Source of the DNA: Pecten maximus
Lineage: Eukaryota
Length of the DNA stretch: 64,000 nucleotides
Assembly: GCF_902652985.1 (NCBI RefSeq)
Contig: NC_047023.1
Location: forward strand, 36,766,001-36,830,000
Direction of reading: 5' to 3'
Shown: positions 53,628 to 64,000 of the stretch, in pieces
Layout of the letters: every line of letters starts with the position of its first letter
Numbering within the stretch: the stretch's first letter is position 1
Position numbers and translations under genes: made by a program
Notes under the pieces: model-generated
The model's input: the letters and a program-made list of their open reading frames with translations, nothing else
Database searches by the model: none
What the model was told of the DNA's origin: nothing

Positions 53628-56254
53628 GAACGTGATGGGATAGTTAAAGTGCTACAGATACTCGGGAGAAGCTTGGTCTTAAGAACCAACACTTAAACCC
53701 AATGTAGTGTAGGACAATGGCTGTCTGAAAACACTTTCTTCAATGGTGTATGTATGCGCCCTCATAGGTTTACAGGAAGGGAAATCTAGAAAATTAATTG
53801 AAACAGTGCGAGAGGTGTTTTAATTTTCGTTATATATTTTACCGAGCACTCATTGAAACACTAGTTAGCGGGAAATAGGCTGTTTCAGTTGTCCCAGACG
53901 GTTTTTATAGAAAATCTTTAACAACCATCTGTTCGTTTTAATTAAGAACGATTTTGCTAACACACCACACCCGTTAAACAAGTATCGAAGTTTATTTCCT
54001 CCCCTTTTGTTCAAATGTCGGGTTTACATAAACTTCGAACTGAAATTCTATTGTGTACATTGTTGGAGAAAATATATGAAAATAGCCAAGATAACGCAAA
54101 GAATTGGATGAAATATCCGGTTTTGTGATATCTATTGCGCGAACAATCATATTTAAATGTTATTGATAAAAAGAAACCGTATTCTGGGTATCCTGTCATC
54201 TCTCCCTCAACCAATTAAAGGAAACACATCCAGTATCTGTATATTCTGTTACTATACCATTGCAGCCAACATTGAGAGGAGGTGAAAACAACGTCTACAA
54301 TACATCCACCCTCTGGCTGATATTTCGTAAAAGAAACATTAAGGTTCTGTTATTTCAATATGTCCGAATTTGGCATCAATGACAGCGCTTGTTCAGCTGA
54401 AACTGACAGTCTGGTGATAATCTAGAGAAATCCTCGGGCAGATTCTAAACCAAGTAACGAGAGAATTCACGAGACTGTCAACCGCAGAAACTGTAACGCG
54501 TGCCACTTTCAGACAGGAAAAATCTCGAAGTGTGCTGGACGATCGACCGACAGATGACCGGCATTACATGGTCAGTATGGGAGCCATGTTATGATATTTA
54601 ATTGTCGTCACACAAGACCAATGTGGATCCTATCAAGCTGATTACTTAATTGTTTCTGGCATTATCATGACTTCTGTCAGAATTCAGTGGACACTTTAAT
54701 GGTCAAACTACGAGCCTTGGATCAATATTGGCATTATTTTATATCGTAATATTGACATTTTATAGAAGAGTTCATAAAACATGCATTCCGTATAATTATT
54801 ATACGCATAAAATGATAGTTGAATGTTTCTTTTTGAACTGTAGTGCTGCCCCTGTGGGGCCTATATAGAGTATGACGTTAGAAATATGATTAAGCCTAAG
54901 CCATCATCGTGTCCCATGACGCTTTAAACCTTTCTCTCAGCATGTCCCCATCTTAATTAGTACATCTTCCTACGGTATTGGCGTTTACTGTTAAACGATG
55001 TAATACGCGTGCATTGAATATAATGCACGTGCATTGAATGCAACAAAAAAGACCTAAATGTGCAGATTACAAACTATTGGCAATATTCGGAATTACAAAT
55101 GTAGCAGTAGGAATGCATGTAGAATGATATTTATTTGAAGTATGATCCCCCACCATAGCCTAACTCAATATCGCAAAGACCTTAACTGTCCTCACATAGC
55201 AGCGACCAACTCCCAACACCTGCCCAGACGTAACATACTTGCTTACACTTGTTAACTTACTTGATTTTATTTACCAATTGCCGAACTACGTGCCTCTTTT
55301 TCATAGACGTGGTCGATCTAACGACATGCTGCCTAACCTGGTACACATAGTACGTTAGCGTGGCGAACCGTTAAAGGCTGTACATTAACATGACGTGCTA
55401 ACTTCCATTACGCGCCGTATTCATCAGCGGCTGATGTAGATGGAGCTAGGTTCCCGGTCTTGGGAATCTAACAAATACCAAGTCTGCACTCAACTACCAC
55501 AGAGGTAATATAACGGACTGATTAATTTTCAGATTCCAATAGCTACTCGAAAAATTATCATCGTTTATTGAATATTTATCACCTATGAGAATTTCTTCTC
55601 TCAGCCAATTGTTCATCTGCCTACAATTCCTGTTTTCCGAGGCTCTGTATGAACGTCCGTGCACCGTAAGACGTTTGTGTGTAGGACTTTTCAATACAAA
55701 AAATAACTGCGTTTTTAAAAATAGTTTTGTTTTTTAATGCCGGGTTTTACTATATTAATTGTAACTTTGAAAATAATATTGGTTTGAGTCAAACCGTTTG
55801 CCTATTATTTTAATTTTTTATATGAAACATACGTCAATTGTCGAATTCTATAACAAGTATTATCTACCTCTTTTATTTATCGATACCATATTAAATTTGC
55901 CATTTGTTCATTTCATATAAACTTCTAAACTGTTTGATTAAGTCAAAATTACATGTCACAGCCACAGTTTGTCTTCACAGAGATGGCCGAAGGGAACAGG
56001 AACTGATGATGTCATGGCAGTGGTACAACCAAGCCTGGTTCTGATCCCTCTCACAATGGGGGCGTTTGGCACACGCGGTAAACCAGCTCTAAGCTGCCGT
56101 TTGTCCAGCACAAGAGATCATGTAAAATAACGTTAGTGATACGAGATGCCAAATAACTTATATTGCGAATTAGAGAGAGCACGTGATCCATATTGAATAA
56201 TGAGTGACCTTGACCCTTTGTAAAGGATGTTCTTCATGGTCATGTTCTTCTTGC

Positions 56255-56991
56255 ATATCACAGGGAATATGTTTAAACATAGTCAATATATATATCACGG
56301 GGAATGTATGTAAACATTGGCAATATCCTTATCACAGGGAATGTGTGTAAACATTGTCAATATCCATATGACGGGGAATGTATGTAAACATTGTCAATAT
56401 CCATATGACGGGGAATGTGTGTAAACATTGTCATTATCGATATGACGGGGAATGTATGTAAACATTGTCAATATCGATATGACGGGGATTTATGTAAACA
56501 TTGTCAATATCTATATCAAGGAGAATGTATGTAAACATTGTCAATATCTATATCAAGGGGATTTATGTAAACATTGTCAATATCCATATGACGGGGAATG
56601 TATGTAAACATTGTCAATATCTATATGACGGGGAATGTATGTAAACATTGTCAATATCTATATCAAGGGGATTTATGTAAACATTGTCAATATCCATATG
56701 ACGGGGAATGTATGTAAACATTGTCAATATCTATATGACGGGGAATGTATGTAAACATTGTCAATATCTATATCAAGGGGATTTATGTAAACATTGTCAA
56801 TATCCATATGACAGGGAATGTGTGTAAACATTGTCAATATCTATATCAAGGAGAATGTATGTAAACATTGTCAATATCTATATCAAGGGGATTTATGTAA
56901 ACATTGTCAATATCCATATGACGGGGAATGTATGTAAACATTGTCAATATCTATATGACGGGGATTTATGTAAACATTGTCAATATCCATA
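56255..56991. repeat. Minisatellite, 36/37-bp unit ATGTAAACATTGTCAATATCCATATGACGGGGAATGT, about 20 copies
   Basis: Read directly. Two unit endings (GGAATGT, 37 bp; GGATTT, 36 bp) alternate semi-regularly. Confidence 0.97.
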
Positions 56992-58086
56992 CAGATTTGT
57001 GTCCTGGTGAATTTATTTTGTTTTCGTTATCAAATAAATCCCGATGTCGTCATTGGAATCAGACACACTGTAACGCGGTCATCGCTTTGTTCTCTGTGTC
57101 AAAGTTGATGACACTAAACTACTGTAGCAGTTAAAGGTACTTATTTAGATTCCAGGTAACATTTACCTATATGTCGGCAGCAAACCTAACATCGTAGTAC
57201 ATGTCACTACAATTTACAGTGACTCGGTCAACAATCATAGCCGCACGTCTCAGTCACTTATAGAAGTCGACTGGAAATGGATGCGAAACGGAGTACATAC
57301 GAAAACGTCAGGGTGCTTTCATGAATTGTCGGTGATTCATTATATTAATCAACGTCGTATCTTTTGTCACTTGACTATAACACAAACTAATACCTCAAAA
57401 TTCAGGTACAATGGCCACACATGAACAAATCTTGATTTAAACTATAATGTAAGACACTGTACTACATAGATTAAAACGATATACGAAGCCAAGAATGAAG
57501 ATGCATTCTAAATGAAATACGACGGTAAATAACAGGGCAATACATCTTACGAATCTTAAACTAAAACGAAAGGCAACCTCCATACCTGACAACCACTAAA
57601 AATATCTCAAATGAAGATCCCAAGTGGAAATAATCAAATAGATAATGAAAGTAAAGAAAACATTGGAGTGCTTGCTGTGTTAGTGGTTATGGACACCGGG
57701 ACTGTTATATGCATACAGATATACCAATACTCTACTAATTAGCGGCGAATATCGCGTGAAACATTAGCTATATAACTCAGTACGGGGGCAATAAAGCTAC
57801 ACCGACAAGTACATTAGTATGTCACCGGCCCCGGTTGGTCCATAGGTAACGTAGCTGGCATACCTACACACAGGTACAACACGGGTTGTGTGATGTTTAG
57901 TATACATCTAGCATTCCTTTACCCTGCTAATGTTCGAGACGTCTAACTTGGCTTGTCGTTAATAGTCGAACATTGAAATAGCATGTTAGTCAGGAACGGG
58001 ATTTAAGGCAGGTGTTCATATCTCCAGATTACATGTATTACTGGTGTAAAAGGAAAATCCTCAAGAAAGGAAGGTTTGACGTGATG

Positions 58087-60372
58087 AACAACACAACACG
58101 TAACAACAAAGCACAACATGTAACAATACAACACGTAACAACACAACAAAACATGTAACAACACAACAAAACATGTAACAACACAACATGTAACAACACA
58201 ACATGTAACAACAAAACCTGTAACAACACAACACGTAACAACACAACACAACATGTAACAACAAAACAAAACATGTAACAACACAACATGTAACAACAAA
58301 ACATGTAACAACACAATACGTAACAACACAACAAGTAACAACACAACACGTAACAACACAACACGTAACAACAAAACACAACATGGAACAACACAACATG
58401 TAACAACAAAACATGTAACAACACAACAAAACATGTAACAACACAACACGTAACAACACAACACAACATGTAACAACACAACATGTAACAACACAACATG
58501 TAACAACAAGTAAAACAAAACACAACATGGAACAACACAACATGTACAACAACAGTAACAACACACAAAACTGTAACAACAAAACTAACAAACAACACAA
58601 CATGAACACCACAAACATGTACAACACAACAGTAACACAAAACGAACAACACAACATGTAACAACACAACATGTAACAACAAAACATGTAACAACACAAC
58701 ATGTAACAACACAACACGTAACAACACAACACAACATGGAACAACACAACAGTAAAACACACATACACAAACAGTAACAAACACAACACAAAACACAACA
58801 TGTAACAACACAACATGTAACAACAAAACACAACATGTAACAACAAAACATAACATGTAACAATACAACCAGTAACAACACAACACGTAACAACAAAACA
58901 CAACATGGAACAACACAACATGTAACAACACAACACGTAACAACACAACACAACATGGAACAACACAACATGTAACAACACAACATGTAAAAACACAACA
59001 CGTAACAACAAAACACAACATGTGAAACACAACATGTAACAACAAAACATAACATGTAACAACACAACCAGTAACAACACAACACGTAACAACAAAACAC
59101 AACATGGAACAACACAACATGTAACGACACAACACGTAACAACAAAACATGTAACAACAAAACATAACATGTAACAACACAACACAACACGTAACAACAA
59201 AACACAACATGGAACAACACAACATGTAACAACACAACATATAGCAACACAACACGTAACAACACAACACGTAACAACACAACATGTAACAACACAACAC
59301 GTAACAACACAACACAACATGTAACAACACAACATGTAACAACACAACACGTAACAACACAACACGTAACAACACAACATGTAACAACACAACATGTAAC
59401 AACACAACACGTAACAACACAACACGTAACAACACAACACGTAACAACACAACACAACATGGAACAACACAACATGTAACAACAAAACATGTAACAACAC
59501 AACACGTAGCAACAAAACACAACATGTGAACAACACAACATGTAACAACAAAACATAACATGTAACAACACAACCAGTAACAACACAACACGTAACAACA
59601 CAACACAACATGGAACAACACAACATGTAACAACACAACAAAACATGTAACAACACAACATGTAACAACACAACACGTAGCAACAGAACACAACATGTGA
59701 AACACAACATGTAACAACAAAACATAACATGTAACAACACAACCATGTAACAACACAACACGTAACAACAAAACACAACATGTGACAACACAACATGTAA
59801 CAACAAAACATGTAACAACACAACATGTAACAACACAACATGTAACAACACAACACAACATGTAACAACACAACATGTAACAACACAACACGTAACAACA
59901 AAACACAACATGTTACAACACAACATGTTACAACACAACATGTAACAACACAACACGTAACAACGAAACACAACATGTGAAACACAACATGTAACAACAA
60001 AACATAACATGTAAAAACACAACACGTAACAACACAACAAGTAACAACACAACACGTTACAACAAAACAAAACATGGAACAATACAACATGTAAGAACAC
60101 AACACGTAACAACAAAACACAACATGGAACAACACAACATGTAATAACACAACAAGTAACAACACAACATGTTACAACAAAACACAACATGTAACAACAC
60201 AACACGTAACAACACAACATGTAACAACAAACCATGTAACAACAAAACATAACATGTAACAACACAACATGTAACAACAAAACATGTAACAACACAACAC
60301 GTAACAACACAACACGTAACAACACAACACGTAACAACACAACACGTAACAACACAACACGTAACAACACAA
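58087..60372. repeat. Compound AC-rich satellite built on ACAAC/ACAAA pentamers, basic 15-bp unit ACAACACAACAYGTA with 20-bp variants
   Basis: Read directly; extreme strand skew. Explains the 500-770-aa C/V/L-rich minus-strand pseudo-ORFs. Confidence 0.98.
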
Positions 60373-60750
60373 TACCTTAAACTGATATCACTTAAAACAA
60401 CAAGAAATAATGTTAACGTGTAACATTAAAGCGGTGTTGCAAGAGCGCACAAGGTTTGAATCAAATCGATCTGAATGAGAAATCGACAATTGTGTTAACT
60501 CGAAACAGCCATACTGCATTCTGCTGCATGAAGACGAACACGTGTACAAAGTATACGTTATCGAAATTTTGAAGGCAAAAGTATTCAGTATATATATACC
60601 CATAGTATGAACATAAAAGTCGCCTTAATTTGGGGCTATCATTTCTGCCTCGATGGCCAGCGATGTCCACCCTACCGGTCAAGGAATGACATCTCTTTAC
60701 TATCCGGGGTGGATAGTCAGCACTATAACGGGGCATTAGCTCTTGATAAA

Positions 60751-60791
60751 CCGGAAGTTACATTCGCGAGCGACACACTTTCGTCGTAAGC
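60751..60791 (+). promoter_or_regulatory. Promoter-like segment: ETS site, CGCG element and possible first-exon splice donor
   Basis: CCGGAAGT 60751-60758, TTCGCGAG shortly after, and GTC|GTAAGC at 60786. It ends a locally GC/CpG-richer stretch from about 60620. Confidence 0.3.
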
Positions 60792-62348
60792 TGTTGTTGA
60801 AATTTGAGTACTTGTATTTGAATTTCGAATACTGAAACACGTATATCTAAAATAAAAATATATCTTAAATAAAAATAATTGTAAAGAAGTTTTAAGATTG
60901 TATGTTGTATGCCGAAGTTGTTTTTATTATTTCAAGGATAGATGTCTACCATTGTGTCGTCATTACTCAGATACACCGCCTTGATCAATCAGCAACGTTA
61001 CGACGCAACAGTCACAAGGTGATGGGTACAAAACACCAACTGTACATTGAAATAGCACGTCAGTGAAGGAAGTTAATACCATCTGATCAATGACCGCGAT
61101 AGCATGTGATTGTATAAACCAGGCATTGCGTGATGGGGCTGGAGAAAACGTCAGTACATGTCTTACATATATAGATTTAGAGTGTGTAAATTATAAGAAA
61201 GCATTCTCTTACGTATTGTATATATTGATTATGTTAGCGTGAAATGATACATACGCTTAATGTGATTAAATTAATACATTTTGCTCAGAGAAGCTTCTAT
61301 ATTAAAGGTCGTTTAGTTTGCCTAAGGTTTTGATAGATGAATACAATTCATCTTATCTATTTAATTTTTTTATAATGAAATGTTACTTAACGTATTTCTG
61401 TGCAGACACTGTGAAACATCGCCTAGATTACGCTTCCACTACTCGGACTTTCTACCGCAACCCGTAACAGACGGTATAAGTAAACTTTCTACCCGTACCA
61501 GGATTAGACTGTGTTCGTACACCTTCTCCCCGCACCCTGAATCAGAACGTGTCGATAGACACACTTGTCATAAATCATTCAAGCGTACATACAGTTGATT
61601 TGATTAAAACCACAAAAAAGAAATTGAATTGTAGACGAAAAAAATGTAAAGAACGCTCATCTTAAACTTTTAAAAAAGTGTCGTCAGCACTATTCTCCAA
61701 TTCGTCCATAAAACGAAGTGTCGATAATTTTCACCCAATTGCTATTGACGAAGAAGCAAGTCTTCAACGCTTATCTTAGTCTTTAGTGAACAAAAATATG
61801 CCCTGCACATTCATCTAATGATTGTTGTTGAAAAGAGTTTCGTCGATGTCCATTGTTCATTTGATGTATTGTAACACTTATGAATGAAACAGAAGTATAA
61901 GCTTTCCGAATGGACCTTTCCATCCGTAAATGACGCAGACCCGTGTAAAGCACGGTGTACTATTTCACCTCTACACAACTTATATTCATGGTAGTATTAG
62001 GAACGCCCGTAAAACCGCCTATCGCCATCAATCTTGCATGCCGTATTATAGATTTTTATTATCCTATCGAGTCTTTATTCCACCATATATTTAGTATGTA
62101 AACTACCTAACATGTACTCTTGGCTATTATCATGATTTCACACCTCTTCCGAGACACACAAGTCTGGGTCGTCCAGCTGAGCTACATCTGTTATACAACA
62201 CCCGGGTGTCCCTTTTGTAATGTTATACTATGTACTTATATAGACTAATTAATTTCCTCGATAACATTCTATAATAATTGTTTCTGAGGTTTCCGTTGAT
62301 TTATTTGATTAAGAAAGTATAATACGTGTACATTTATACAGCACCCTA

Positions 62349-62733
62349 ACATACATGTTGTTTTGTGTTGTTACATACATGTTGTTTTGTGTTGTTACAT
62401 ACATGTTGTTTTGTGTTGTTACATACATGTTGTTTTGTGTTGTTACAAATAATGTACATACATGTTGTTTTGTGTTGTTACATACATGTTGTTTTGTGTT
62501 GTTACATGTTGTATTGTGTTGTTCCATACATGTTGTTTTGTGTTGTCCCATACATGTTGTTTTGTGTTGTTACATACATGTTGTTTTGTGTTGTTACATA
62601 CATGTTGTTTTGTGTTGTTACATACATGTTGTATTGTGTTGTTACATACATGTTGTTTTGTGTTGTTACATACATATTGTTTTGTGTTGTTACATACATG
62701 TTGTTTTGTGTTGTTACATACATGTTGTTACAT
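62349..62733. repeat. Minisatellite, 24-bp unit CATACATGTTGTTTTGTGTTGTTA, about 16 copies; reverse-complement relative of the 58-60 kb satellite
   Basis: Reverse complement TAACAACACAAAACAACATGTATG resembles CATGTAACAACACAACAAAACATG words of the 58087-60372 array. Confidence 0.96.
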
Positions 62734-63365
62734 TGTACATACCTTTTTATGGCTGATCGTAGGATATACAACCAGACCTACCCCCCGCATCGCTAATTGA
62801 CATATATTTCACTGTATTTATTACATGTATAAACTAAAACCCCTTCTCTGTTGACACAAACACTTTTATAACTACAATGTCATTCCTCTGTTTCAAATAT
62901 GTATAAAAAATATATGAGATCTGCTGACGACAAGGAGCCGTTCCCCTATACTGAAACCAAAACTCAAAACTACAGAAATATGCAGGTGTGGGTTTACGGA
63001 ATGTAGGTTCAATGTATATATACAGTGCCGTTTGTACGCCTTAAACTTTGGATGATTGCATTAATGTTGTGATATCCCATTGGAATCATGTCCGTTTAAT
63101 GATACACTTTATCAGAGCGTATGACGTACCTAGTATAATACACGCGTGTAGATGTTTTAGAAGAGCTTATGTGATATAAAAATTACCAACTAAATCGTAA
63201 CAGTGAATTACGATTTATCTTCATGTCGAAATAATTTGAAATAAAACCCCAAGTGCTGAATATAAAACAGCACAACATGGACTGAGAAACACACCATGAA
63301 TGGGGGCTCAATTTGATGTCTGTGGTATTTTGTTTCTTTTTTGTTTCATTTAGTCGCGGCGTTGG

Positions 63366-63452
63366 GTCGAGACTCTGAGATTTCCTACACATTGTATGTC
63401 TAAATAGTTTAGTCGAGACTCTGAGATTTTCTACACATTGTATGTCTAAATA
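63366..63452. repeat. 46-bp tandem duplication
   Basis: GTCGAGACTCTGAGATTT(C/T)CTACACATTGTATGTCTAAATA at 63366 and 63412. Confidence 0.95.
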
Positions 63453-64000
63453 TATCGATAGCTTGATCTCGGTATGGCATATTGTTTATCCAATAAATGT
63501 TAGGCACATATCCACCGATCGTGAAACTGCGTTATTTCTTTTCGCATCTTTTTATTCCTCTAGTAAGTAGATATGCCTTTATTAATTATTTTCGTCTTTT
63601 AATATTATGTAGTTAAAATCCGTTATTCATAACAATCATCTTTTGATTCGCTCAGCAGAATCATAAAATATTTTTGTTTAGTTCAAATGGGATTTATAGA
63701 AAAGCTGAAATAGAATACGATGTCTGTCAGTATTAAACATTTGTAATAAGTCACAGAATAAGCATAAAAATATGTTTAATTAATCATTGGAAACTCGCTC
63801 TGTCAGTGGAACAGCTGGCTAATGACAGTAATGTCTTTGTTTCAATTGGAGGCATGTGCACAATGAGTGTGCTATCATGACACCCTGATTTAATCCACAG
63901 CCTTCAAGCTACTGGTGACATTTCACAAGGTGTACCATCTAAATGTCAGATTGAGTTTTAAGGTTCATTTATAAATACGAAGCCATTTTTCATTCAAAAG

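Noticed and set aside
55395-55445. Hammerhead-like CTGATGA-stem-GGAA on the minus strand
   Set aside because: No GAAA and no valid stem III/NUH; explained by the simple hairpin CATCAG-CGG-CTGATG.
57827-57890. tRNA or tRNA-derived SINE head (GGCCCCGGTTGGTCCATAGGTAAC..CGGGTT)
   Set aside because: A-box-like start only; no intact B-box (GTTCRA) and no cloverleaf.
58003-60372. Cys/Val/Leu-rich ORFs of 526-769 aa
   Set aside because: All three minus frames are open because the GT-rich strand rarely forms stops; low-complexity satellite.
61820-61860. MDIDETLF on the minus strand as a transposase (Merlin-like) or HAD motif
   Set aside because: Followed by stops within a few codons, with no other catalytic motifs.

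Overview
AT-rich, gene-poor eukaryotic genomic DNA with one assembly gap (40414-40558). An invertebrate animal, probably a bivalve mollusc, is inferred from frequent TACATGTA words and from repeat fragments resembling molluscan MITE/Helentron-type elements. I can support no protein-coding gene, tRNA, rRNA or CRISPR array. The longest ORFs in the track are read-throughs of tandem repeats, and none of the shorter ORFs in unique DNA has a domain I recognise. Roughly one fifth of the window is about ten minisatellite arrays (units 15-39 bp), plus microsatellites, short duplications and a nest of non-autonomous transposon remnants at 24.2-26.9 kb. The most interesting signals are non-coding: (1) three co-oriented CTCF-like sites at 48.9-49.1 kb, followed by an RFX/CCAAT/CRE/ETS module; (2) a 30-bp array whose units each read as acceptor + 10-nt micro-exon + invariant GTGAGT donor; (3) a 38-bp array of about 99 stem-loop units with 19-mer and 24-mer block duplications; (4) two related AC-rich satellite arms in inverted orientation enclosing a 2-kb core with a promoter-like segment (foldback-like architecture). 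I found no convincing novel protein-based system; these are hypotheses to test.
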